From Mobula hypostoma (lineage: Eukaryota), in contig NC_086101.1 of assembly GCF_963921235.1 (NCBI RefSeq), positions 125,612,001 through 125,676,000 of the forward strand: a stretch of 64,000 bases of DNA, written 5' to 3'. The translations under genes and the position numbers were made by a program. Within the stretch, counting starts at the first letter, position 1. Every line of letters starts with the position of its first letter. The notes beneath the pieces are model-generated. The model searched no databases. It saw only the letters and a list, made by a program, of their open reading frames with translations, and was not told where the DNA came from. This document shows, in pieces, positions 11,547 to 22,713 of this stretch.

Positions 11547-12750
11547 GGGAGGATCACTGTGAGGGTCATGTTTTTTGACTTCTCCAGTGCGTTCAACACC
11601 ATCCGCCCTGCTCTGCTGGGGGAGTAGCTGATAGCGATGCAGGTGGATGCTTCCCTGGTATCATGGATTCTTGATTACCTGACTGGCAGACCACAGTCCG
11701 TGTGCTTGCAACACTGTGTGTCTGACAGAGTGATCAGCAGCACTGGGGCTCCACAGGGAACTGTCTTGTCTCCCTTTCTCTTCACCATTTACACCTTGGA
11801 CTTCAACTACTGCACAGAGTCTTGTCATCATCAGAAGTTTTCGGATGACTCTGCCACAGTTGGATGCATCAGCAAGGGAGATGAGGTTGAGTACAGGGCT
11901 ACGGTAGGAAACTTTGTCACATGGGGTGAGCAGAATTATCTGCAGGTTAATCTGAAAAAGATTAAGGAGCTGATGGTGGACCTGAGGAGAGCTAAGGTAC
12001 CGGTGACCCCTGTTTCCATCCAGAGGGTCAGTGTGGACATGGTGCAGGATTACAAATACCTGGGGATATGAGTTGACAATAAACTGGACTGGTCTAAGAA
12101 CACTGAGGCTGTCTACAAGAAAGGTCAGAGCTGTCTCTATTTCCTGAGGAGACTGAGGTCCTTTAACATCTGCCAGACGATGCTGAGGATGTTCTATGAG
12201 GCTGTGGTGGCCAGTGCGATCATGTTTGCTGTTGTGTGCTGGGGCAGCAGGCTGAGGGTAGCAGACACCAACAGAATCAACAAACTCATTCGTGAGGCCA
12301 GTGATGTTGTGGGGATGGAACTGGACTCTCTCATGGTGGTGTCTGAAAAGAGGATGCTGTCTAAGTTGCATGCCATCTTGGTCAATGTCTCCCATCCACT
12401 ACATAATGTACTGGGTGGGCACAGGAGTACATTCAGCCAGAGATGCAGCACAGAGCGTCATAGGAAGTCATTCCTGCCTGTGGTCATCAAACTTTACAAC
12501 TCCTCCCTTAGAGGGTCAGACACCCTGAGCCGATAGGCTGGTCCTGGACTTATTTCATAATTTACTGGCATAATTTACATATTACTATTTAACTATTTAT
12601 TACTATTTTTCTATTACTACTTATTATTTCCATGACTATTACTATTTACTATTTACTAATAGTAGTATTACTACTACTATTTATTATTTATGGTGCAACT
12701 GTGACGAAAACCAATTTCCCCCGGGATCAATAAAGTATGACTATGACTAC
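11547..12750 (+). mobile_element. Rex1-type LINE, 5'-truncated RT (defective)
   Basis: FFDFSSAFNTI, WILDYLTGRPQ, GAPQGTVLSPFLF, FSDD and YKYLG motifs with in-frame stops; ends gatcaataaagtatgactatgactac. Confidence 0.92.
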
Positions 12751-13739
12751 TAGCTGCAGTCAATCTCTGATACACATCTCAGTTTGCTGCTTCATACAGT
12801 ATAATGATATTAAGTGTATCCATTCTAGAGTCCAAAACCTTGTGGTATTAGCTATCTATAAATACCTTCACTTTAGAAAAATTATACTATCACAATCTAC
12901 AATTAAATATTAATTTACTTAGTTGATTCAGTCTCTTTTCTGAAGGGGTTTAGCTGTCAGTCACTATTTTGAGCACTGGGTAGTTTGGTTATGTGACTGG
13001 TGGGAGAGCTATCATGGACCAACTGGCCTAAAGGACTCCTTTGTCACGAGGAAAATACAAGAAATTTGAGTTTTTGAGATAAGGCATTGCAGGAACATGC
13101 CAGCAGTGTGATTTTTTTTATCCACAGTCCAGGGTGCACTAAATGCGTCAAGTACTTTACTGAAATTCAGAATTCCTTCATGGATGAAATGGGCTTTGGC
13201 TCGCAACTGGCCAAAGAGTTATTGATCATTATAAGAATATTCTCACAGTCGTATGCAAATTTCCTAAGGATTTCTGCAGCCTTCAGGAGTCCACTGTGGC
13301 AGATATATTCAGTGGGTAGTATTGCCCAAAGAGAGACAAGGGCTACCATTAACATTGTGGCTGACTCCCCAGTTCATGTCCCCTTCCCATGGTACATCAC
13401 TTCATTAAGAACCACAGCAATACCAGGACAAATACTGTACATGGCTTATTGCCTGCTCAGAATGAGATTCTGTTGTTTATTTCACCTGGGAACATGATAC
13501 AGTTAACATCAATAAGAATGGAAAATTTGTAGTTATCACCCTGTATGCCCCATACCCTCAGCACAGAAGGGTGCAGTCTCTGTCCACAGAAAACCCAGTT
13601 GCAGATGAGCTGCTAAAGAGTCAGGAGTCTCAAAGGGAGGAGAGAGGACCAGCAGAAGAAAGAGGATGAAGATGCATGCAAGCAGATGGTACAGCTACTT
13701 AATAACATAATAGATTCCCAATAATATCAGGAGCTAGAT

Positions 13740-14090
13740 CCTACAGCTCAGCACAGGATGGAGGGTGGGGAATTAATATTAGGCTGAGCTGGTTGGGATT
13801 CCATAATCAGAATGTTGCAAATCCTGCAATTGAATGGGAAAGAACTATCAGAAAGTGGTTGGTGGAGATGAGGAACAAATAAAGGAGTCATGGAGAAAGT
13901 GATCTCTACAGAAGATATGGTGAGGATATATTTGGTGGTGGAAACCTATTGAATGGGTGGAAGTTATGGAGAGTAACCATTGAGTTAGGTGGTTGGGTTT
14001 GAAGATGACAACATGGAATATCTTGTCCCAACACTGTCTGGAAAGAGAAGGCTGACAGAAGAAATGTGAGAATCAGAGGTAACATTGTTA
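13740..14090 (-). mobile_element. Old Penelope-like ORF relic (region preceding the GIY-YIG domain)
   Basis: Minus strand resembles the PLE linker (IP...HP...LHNFH...PT..HI..P...RDHFL.DSF); similar to the sequence at the start of 45001-45515. Confidence 0.4.
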
Positions 14091-14093
14091 AGT

Positions 14094-14240
14094 GACACAC
14101 ACAAAATGCTGGTGGAATGCAGCAGGCCAGGCAGCATCTATAGGAAGAAGTACAGTTGACGTTTCGGGCCAAGACCCTTCGTCAGGACGAACTGAAAGAA
14201 GAGATAGTAAGAGATTTGAAAGTGGGTGGGGTAGGGGGAG
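14094..14240 (-). mobile_element. PLE terminal repeat, truncated young copy
   Basis: Reverse complement closely matches 3075-3220. Confidence 0.85.
14153..14194 (-). ncRNA. Minimal hammerhead ribozyme motif (PLE-associated), intact core
   Basis: Reverse complement reads cagttcgtc-CTGACGA-A-GGGT CTTG GCCC-GAAA-C-GTC|aactg. Confidence 0.75.
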
Positions 14241-14921
14241 ATCCAGCTTATCTACCACTTGAAGGGAATTACGAATCTGAACTCCATTGGCTCTCTTTTT
14301 ATCAAATTCCCTTAGAGCTAGTATTTACAGAGCTATGTACGAGTAGCATGTGTGCTTCTACCTTCCTCACCACCGCAGCCCCAAACTCCTCTATTGCAAC
14401 CATCATTCGCCTTGCTGTTATTTGTCTGCCATGGTGAACGTACATTGAAGGGATATATCTGTTCAGTGGGTGTTAGCAGCAAACCACGACTTTACTGTAG
14501 CCAATATCACAATCTTTTTTAGAGAGATGCAGTGTTTAGCACTCCAAAAGTGAATACCATTTTCAAGAAAAATACATTGTAAAACAAAATCTCAAGGAAA
14601 ATAGGCAAGTGGCATAATTGTAATATGTAGCTAGCTATTTTTGAGGAAAAAAATTGGGTCATTATTCTAGTTTTACCTTTGACTGTTTTCTGCTTGAGTT
14701 AAAGAATCATCAACATGTGTTTTAAGCTGTGCCTCACTGACAAGAAAAACCTCTCTTGTAATATTAATTAATTTTAATATATTAAAATTATTTATTAGTT
14801 TCTTAGTTTATTCAGTTTAAAGCTTAACTTTCAGCAGGTTCTAATGATTTTGGGATAGTTAACTAACAAATTGGTGGCTAAGTTAAAGAGGGTGAGTAAC
14901 TTAAATTGCTGGATTCTTCAG

Positions 14922-15068
14922 GTCACCAATGAACCACCAAAAGGACTTCGTGCGAACATCCGGCGAGCTTTCACAGAGATTACTTCTACTTTCTTTGAGG
15001 AGCATGTATTGGGAAGAAAGTGGAGGAGACTTATTGTCGGTATTTGTTTCTTCCATGCTGTGATTCAG
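14922..15068 (+). CDS. DNAH6: DNAH6 exon ([17 protein letters not shown]...[10 protein letters not shown])
   Basis: ttcag acceptor, CAG|gtaagt donor, 147 nt, phase 0/0; [11 protein letters not shown] dynein motif. Confidence 0.96.
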
Positions 15069-16799
15069 GTAAGTCCAGTTTAATTGATTGCCAGCTTATA
15101 CTTGCCTTCAGGGAAGAAATATGTTAATATGCTGTTGGGTATATGGGCCTCAACCTGCATTTTATTTGTTCTACACTTGTGAAATCATATGGAAGCTGCA
15201 AGGTGAATTCCAGCTGGATAAGCTGCTGACCATGGCATCTCTCTTCTTGTATAAAGCATCATAGCTGATTCATTTCTGCAAGAGTTCCAGTGGACGTCAT
15301 GCATTTGCACAACATTTCAAGCACAGCAACATGCGCCCAAGCAGATGCCTCTCCTAAAGTACAGTGAGGAAGTACATATAGTGAATCAATACTCTGAAGG
15401 GCAGTGCTAATGCAGTGAAAGGCAGTATATGGGTAATTTCAAGCAATCAAAGCTGTATTATTAAATAACCTTTGTATCAAATACACTTGTTGATTATGGC
15501 TGATTGCATATTAAATTTAAATATTAAAAAAATCCAAGATATAGTTGTGGGCATGTGACTCTTTTACACTTGTACCTCTCCATTGATCCCCAAGTACTTA
15601 CCCCTGCCAAATCTGGGCTTCACCCCTTGAACTCATTACTACAGATCTGAAAGAAATTGCAATGGACAAAGCAGTGTCAGGTGGTTTTAAAAGGTGACAT
15701 CAGACACTGTACTCACACATTATGATCTACATTGTCCAGTAAAGCTTGCCTGTGATGCCTTGCCTTATAGTACAGGTGCAGTTATGTAACATGTTATGAG
15801 TGAAGAAAGTGAACAGCCCATAACCTTTGCATCACATTCCCTTATCATTGCAGAGAAAAAATATGCACAGATTGACATACAGGTCTTGGATCTGGTTTGG
15901 GGCGTAAAATGTTTCAACTAGCACTTGCATAAGAGAGATTTTACCCTCATCATCAACCACTAATGTCCATTTTCAATCCACAGAAGAGTGTTCCACTAAC
16001 AGCAGCAGCATGAATGCAGAGATAGGCTGTTTCTTGGAGGATACAATTACAAGATGAATTCAAGAGGATGGCTAATCATGGAAAAGGAAGTACCTTAAAA
16101 ACTTACAAAAGGTGGCACTTCTGTTCACATATTCTCCCTAATGCAAATCCTAAGTCTCCCTATTACAGAAGAGATAATCCAAAGGGAAACCAGAAAAGAC
16201 CCCACATTGTCTCAGGTTGACATGGCAGCACAAAATAGCTGGAATGTGCAGTAGAAACTCTAGTTCACCCATTTTTACTAGTGATGGGATGAACTTGCCC
16301 TTGACAGAGGTTGCCTTATGTGGGGATTGAGAGTTGTTGTACCACCTGAGCTAAGAGCTGAAGTGTTGGAGGAGCTACATGCCAGTCATCTAGGCATGGT
16401 CAAAATGAAAGTGTTACCTTGAAGCTTTGTCTGGTGCCCTGGAATAGATCAGCAGATCAAACAGCTCATCATGCACTCTTCAGGATGCCAACACGTCCAG
16501 AAGATGTCAAGAGAAGCACCACTCCATCCCTGGGAATGACCTGCATTACCCTGGCAGAGGATTCATGTGATTTTTTCCAGATCATTCATGTGCACAAAAT
16601 TTCTTGGGAGTAGTGGATGCAGTTACAAAGCGGCCAGATGTATTCCCAATAGTCTCCACTATAGTCTCACACATTGTTGATGTGTTGAGATGCCTTTTCT
16701 CAAGGGCTGGTGTTCCTGAACACTTAGTCAGTGTCAATGAATTGCAGTTTGTTGTGGAACAGTTTCAGTCATTCCTGAAAGTGAATGGAATAAGACATA

Positions 16800-17451
16800 A
16801 GAGGGGTGATTGATAAGTTTGTGGCCTAAAGTAGAAGGAGTCAATTTTAGAAAACTTAGCACATTTATTTTTCAACATAGTCCCCTCCTACATGTACACA
16901 CTTAGTCCAGCGGTCGTGGAGTATACGGATCCCTTCTTTGCAGAAGTGGTCCACAGGGGTGATTGATAAGTTCGTGGTCTGAGATAGAAGGAGATGAGTT
17001 ATTAACTTCAAACTTTCTGCATTATCACTCAAAGAGTTGAACTGCACGTGCATGTAACAAGAGCGTCTTGGACCTCCAGGTGGTCCACAGCAGGGGTGAT
17101 TGATAAGGTTGTGGCCTTGGGTAGAAGGAGAAGAAACTGTAGAAAGTTTGAAGTTAGTAACTCATCTCCTTCTACCTTAGGCCACGAACTTTAAATGGGG
17201 AGTAACACTAGATATAATTAGTTGGAGAAATTGGAGTACCAATGGTTATTCTGCTGAATATCACTGATTCTAACTAAACCCCTGCTGTGGACCACTTTCT
17301 GGAGGTACAAGATGCCGACTTCTACAAAGAAGGGATCTGTATGCTCCACAACTGCTGGACTAAGTGTGTAAATGTAAGAAAAATAAATGTGCTAGGTTTT
17401 CTAAAATTGACTCCTTCTACCTTAGGCCACAAACTCATCAATCACCCCTTG
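16800..17451. mobile_element. Tc1/mariner-derived MITE with TA TSD
   Basis: TA at 16798-16799 and 17452-17453; ~150-bp inverted arms starting (a)gaggggtgattgataagtttgtggcc; arms encode a mariner transposase C-terminus (EGIRILHDRWTKCVHVGGDYVEK*). Removing it restores Gypsy NGIRH-ITS. Confidence 0.92.
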
Positions 17452-17612
17452 TATTACATCTGCACTATACCACCCAGCTACAAATGGCTTGATGAATAGT
17501 TTTGTCCAGAATCTAAAGAATGCACTGCGAGCATTGTCAGCAGGACACACCACAGTAACACTGAATCTGAAGCTCACCAATTTCCTCCTTGTATTTTGCA
17601 ATGCAGTGCACT

Positions 17613-19428
17613 TGTAACACCTGTGTAGCACCACTCTTATCGTGTTTGACTAGTCACACTCTTTTGGGAAGATCAAATTACACTACGTGCTAATGGGCTA
17701 TCAGAAGGTTCTAGGTATTCAAAGGAAGCAGTGGATAGGAACCACACACTTCTGGAGATAAGGTTTTTTTTATCAGAATAAAATATTTACATGAGCAAGA
17801 ACAATTCAAAATTCAAACATTCCGTTTAGGTTCCAAATTTTAAATATCAACAAAAGCCAAGTTTCTGTTTAGTTAGAATCAATGATATCCACAAGAATAA
17901 CCATTGTTACTCCAATTTCTTTAACTAATTATATCTAGTATTATTCCCCATTTAAAAGTTTACAGACTAAACTTTCCTTTTTATTTATACCAAGTTAGTT
18001 AGAAAACCAAATATAATTCCTGTTCTTAAGTATTATAGTTAACTTCAGTTTCAGTTCCAGGCAATATATCTGCAAGTTTAAATTCAAATTCAAAAGTTAT
18101 ATATACACGGTTTAACTCCTTTCACGACAATTCTCCAACATCACAATTCTTAAACAAAGAAAATCTCATTCAGTTACTTATTTTACTGGTCAAAGAACAC
18201 TGAGGCTGTCTACAAGAAGGGTCAGAGCCGTCTCTATTTCCTGAGGAGACTGAGGTCCTTTAACATCTGCCAGACGATGCTGAGGATGTTCTACGAGTCT
18301 GTGGTGGCCAGTGCTATCATGTTTGCTGTTGTGTGCTGGGACAGCGGGCTGAGGGTGGCAGACACCAACAGAATCAACAAACTCATTCGTAAGGCCAGTG
18401 ATGTTGTGGGGATGGAACTGGGCTCTCTCACGGTGGTGTCTGAAAAGAGGATGCTGTCTAAGTTGCATGCCATCTTGGTCAATGTCTCCCATCCACTACA
18501 TAATGTACTGGGTGGGCACAGGAGTACATTCAGCCAAAGACTCATTCCACCGAGATGCAGCACAGAGCATCACAGGAAGACATTCCTGCCTGTGGCCATC
18601 AAACTTTACAACTCCTCCCTTGGAGGGTCAGACACCCTGAGCCAATGGGCTGGTCCTAGATTTATTTCATAATTTACTGGCATAATTTACATACTACTAT
18701 TTAACTATTTATGGTTCTATTACTATTTATTATTTATGGTGCAACTGTAACGAAAACCAATTTCCCCCGGGATCAATAAAGTATGACTATGACTATAAAG
18801 TCTTTGCAAAAATAATCAGTTCTTGCAGAGAACGAAATTCAAATTCTTCAAATGAAAATAAACTTATACATTGAACCATATTAAATCCTCTGCGTTATTA
18901 CACATTTCATTCCTGCGCTGGTTCTTCATCTTGGGTGGCTTGCCATCTTGTTTCTTGGATCCGTTGGAATGAAATAGTTTATCATCCACAGTAAGTCAAT
19001 TCACAAACTTGTACCAAAACTTGACCAAGTGTCTTGGTATGATTTTGTAGAACTAATTCCTGAATGCACGGTCGGGATTTTGGACACCTGTCTCTGCTGA
19101 TATTGTCTCATTAATGCTGATGCATGTTATAGCTGTAGCTTCAATAAATCTTTTATTGCTGTTGTCTTTCCTCCAGGGGTTTCACCCTGAGGGTGTCAAG
19201 TTAGTAGGGTAAAGATACTCACTACTAATTCCACTCTTAACAGTTCATGTCTTCAGCTTCTAATTGTTGCTACGTTTCTCTCCTTGTCTGTCCTGTGTCC
19301 AGCCCTACCCTGCCCTTGCATAGCATTTTTTTTTCAGATTCTTTTTTTAATTGGTAAACCTTGTTTACATTGCTCTGCAGGTTGAACTTTCTAACATTAC
19401 AACTTTGGGTTTAATTAACCGGGGTTAG
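17613..19428. mobile_element. Solo-LTR-like insertion within the Gypsy integrase
   Basis: Starts TGTAAC, ends ...GGTTAG, flanked by GCACT on both sides (17608-17612, 19429-19433); Gypsy frame continues across it (NAVH|TTT). Confidence 0.7.
18185..18796 (+). mobile_element. Rex1-type LINE 3' fragment (same young family as 11547-12750)
   Basis: Near-identical to ~12088-12750; tail gtatgactatgactat. Confidence 0.92.
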
Positions 19429-20714
19429 GCACTACAACCAAAAACTCACCAGACAAGGGTCGTCCCTTGTGCTGACACTTGGATCTCCTTAAACCCAATC
19501 TCAGAGAAGTATGCAGGACAAACAGATGAGACGATTTAAGGCTCCTTAGAAAGGAAATTCCATGTTTTCTTCCTGGACAATGCACTACAGAGAAGATCAA
19601 AAGTGGTTACTTGGCAAGATTAAGGACAAAACTGGATCACTCTTCTACAAAGTGGAGATTGTGTCTGATGTAATTTGGAGATGACACATTGATCAATTGA
19701 GGAAAGCAGAGTAACATGTTGCAGAAGAAGGGTGTCCAGAGCTGTCAAAACCACTTCTTGAAGAACTAGAGTCTACTCTCACAACCACTATGCAGAAGGC
19801 CCCAGAACCTGAGATTGTTTCACAGCAACAACTCTCACCTGCCAATCAGAATGACCCCCCCCCCTTGTCAGGAAAGACATTATTGCACAAGAGTAAGAAA
19901 TCCTCCACAGTGTTTAAATCTTACGGCCTGAATCACGAGTTACAAGTCAAAATACATGAATGGTATACATCATCATGCCACCACATCACATGTGTGCTAA
20001 AAGTAAAAACAAAACTAAGACTCTCATTCCCAACTCCATGTTTTCTTTCAATTAGTTTTATGTTTTGGAGTTACAAAACAAACAATGGCCACAACTGTAC
20101 CATAGATTTGTTTAAATTTAAAATTAAGATGCAATCAATCACAATAAATACAGAAAAATTTGGCATTGAAGTTATTTAATAATAAAGCCTCAGTTGTTTG
20201 CAGTTACCCAAATACCCTGCTTAGCACTGCCCTGAAGAGTACTGCTTTAATATAGCACTCTTAGCCCTTCAGTCCAAGAAGTAACAGGTGCATATCCATT
20301 GTGCTTTAGAAGAGAAATCTGCTTGACTGTATGTTGCTGTACTTTAAACCTGGAGCAAACATTTCCCTCCACTGGAATTCATGCAGAAACTAATCCCCTT
20401 CAGCATGATGTTAAGAAGCTGTTTGTCAGACAACTGGTAGCCAAGTACAGCAAGTGTTCCAGACATTTAGTGTTGATATGTACTTACCCTGGATGGTACA
20501 GTAAGTGTTGCCAGTACCAACTTTATGTGCTGAGAGGTAACCTGCATCCAGCAGGCCCTTTCTGCATCTCCTGTTGGATGTAAAGTAAGTTGCAGTGTTT
20601 CCCTCTCCAGGAGGGGGAAAGCTATGCAGCCAGACTCAAGGTGGGGGTCATAGCAGCTTGCTATGTCCAGGTGCTCCATTTTCTCTGGCACCTAGATAAA
20701 CTTGTTCTCTCTCC

Positions 20715-20835
20715 TTCTCAGTTCTGATGAAAGATCTTTGACCTGAAGTGTTTCTGTTTCTACAGATGCTGCCTGGCCTGCTGAATATTTCCAGCATTTT
20801 CTGCTTTTATTTAAATTTTCATCATCTGTAGTTTG
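20715..20835 (+). mobile_element. Degenerate PLE terminal repeat with decayed hammerhead core
   Basis: cagttCTGATGAaagatctttgacctGAAg...acagatgctgcctggcctgctgaatatttccagcatttt. Confidence 0.7.
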
Positions 20836-20891
20836 TTTTAGACTTTCATTATTAGATAGACTACCTGACATGAAAGTCTGATGTATTGTAG

Positions 20892-21030
20892 GAAAGGAAG
20901 AAATTTGGTCCATTGGGTTGGAACATCTGTTATGAGTTCAGCGATAGTGACCGTGAATGTGCTCTCCTCAATTTAAACCTCTATTGTCAAGGAGGAAGAG
21001 TACCATGGGATGCTGTTGTTTATATTACTG
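20892..21030 (+). CDS. DNAH6: DNAH6 exon ([20 protein letters not shown]...PWDAVVYIT)
   Basis: tgtag acceptor, G|gtaagc donor, 139 nt; [11 protein letters not shown] motif of the dynein AAA lid. Confidence 0.96.
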
Positions 21031-21559
21031 GTAAGCCATTGAACGTTTCTGTTATCATTCTAATTTCATCAATAGTTTATGAATATGAGATTAAGTATTT
21101 TCATTCATATAGAGTTTGTCAATTGTCTTCTGTGATAGATAAACAAACAAAAAATTGTTTAAAAATATCTAGTAACAAATATGGAGGGAGAAATCAATTA
21201 TTGTTGCATTACAAAGTAGCCCATCATCAGAGCTTGTTTAAGGTTCTGATGAGAAGGCTTCAACTTGATGTTAATTCTGTTTCACACTTCAGAGATGCCT
21301 CTTGACCTTAATGTTTTCCAGATTTTCTGTTTTTATTTTAGATTTCCAACATCTGTTCCAGTATGCTATTTTGATTTAGAATTTTACATTAATTTGCATG
21401 ACCACATGAATTATACAATAAGATGTGTTTTTTTTGCATCCAGAATATTCATGCATGGTAGAAGATAATTGATCTTCTACCATGAGGAGTTATTTTGTTT
21501 TTTAATTTGCATGAAAGTTCTAACATCGAATGTCTAATTGCTTTAATTCCCCTATTTAG

Positions 21560-21679
21560 GTGAGATCACTTATGGAGGTCGAGTTACAGATGCTTGGGAC
21601 CAACGCTGCCTGCGTACCATCTTAAAGCGATTCTTCTCACCCAATATTTTAGTAGCTGACTATAAGTATTCATTATCAG
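21560..21679 (+). CDS. DNAH6: DNAH6 exon ([26 protein letters not shown]...YSLS)
   Basis: tttag acceptor, G|gtaagt donor, 120 nt; YGGRVTD.WD motif. Confidence 0.96.
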
Positions 21680-21784
21680 GTAAGTGAACATTTAGAACTA
21701 ATAATGTATCTATAGAAATTATAATAACTTTTTGTTATTATTTATTTTATTTTACTTCAGATTAAATTATTTTGACTTGTTGGC

Positions 21785-22713
21785 TGATTAGTGTGGTGAT
21801 GGATACCAATCATGTCAGCCACAGGACATCTTTGCAAGAGTTCTTCAGGGTAATGTCCTATGGCTGTCTATCATCAGCTGCCTCATTAATTACTTCAATT
21901 GAAAGGTCAGAAGTAGGAATATTCGCTGATGATTCCACAATGCTCAGCACAGTTTATGAATCCTCTGATAATGAAGCAACCACAACCAGTTGCAGCATAA
22001 CTTGGACAATCTCCAAGCTTAAGTTGGCTTGTATCAAGTAATATTGATGCCAACTGTCATGAAATGGCAATATCCAAAAACAGAAAATCTAGCCTTTGAT
22101 ATTCAATAACATTACCGACACCAAATTTCCATTATCAATATCTTGGAGGGGTTACCATTGACTAGAAATTTAACTGGGTTTAACTAGCTCTCCAAAGCCT
22201 GTCCACTATCTACAAGGCTCAAGTCAGGAGTGGAATGCTCTCCACTTGCCTGAATGACTTCATCTTTAACAACACTCAAGAAGCTTGACACGATGCAGGA
22301 CATAGCAGCCGCTTGGTAGGCACCCCATCTGAAACCTTTCACTCACTCAGCCACCGACACACAGTGGCAGCTGTTTGTTGCATTTATAGAATACACTGTA
22401 GTAACTAATAACACTTCCTAGTCAGCATCTGCCAAACACACAACCTCTAGTGCCTAGAAGGACACAGGGCAGCATTTGCATGGGAATACAATCAGCTGGA
22501 AATGCCCTTCAAGCCACACACTATCCTGACTTGGAAATATATCATTTTTCCTTTATTGTCACTGGATTAACATTCTAGAATTCCCTTCCTGCAGTAATTT
22601 GACTATTGCAATTCAGAAAGGCAGCTTACCACCACCTTCTCAAGGATGATTAGGAATGGGCAATTGAAATGTAGATTCAATCTGCAATGTCTATGTCCCT
22701 TAAGTGAATAAAA
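21785..22713 (+). mobile_element. Ancient L2-like LINE 3' fragment
   Basis: RVLQGNVL (GVPQGSVL-like) and IFADDST; tail gatgattaggaatgggcaat...gtgaataaaaaa. Confidence 0.65.

Larger units (their letters stand above)
15590..20085 (+). mobile_element. Ty3/Gypsy LTR retrotransposon pol relic (RNase H, integrase, C-terminus) interrupted by two insertions
   Basis: LTHYD..VKLACDA.PY..GAV..PITFASHSL..AEKKYAQID (RNase H); ELHASHLGMVKMK (integrase Zn region); VVDAVTK, GVPEHLVS.N..QF, NGIRH|ITSALYHPATNG (integrase core); resumes at ~19434 with LDLLKP...WLLGKI...WR*HIDQLR. Many stops and frameshifts. Confidence 0.88.

Noticed and set aside
11661-12395. 244-aa minus-strand ORF (and its twin at 18190-18492)
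   Set aside because: Antisense shadow of Rex1 RT coding sequence; no independent protein features.
16800-17451. Spaced aggggtgattgataag repeats as a CRISPR-like array
   Set aside because: Irregular spacing, mixed orientation, TA TSD and transposase fragments identify mariner TIRs; the context is eukaryotic with no cas genes.
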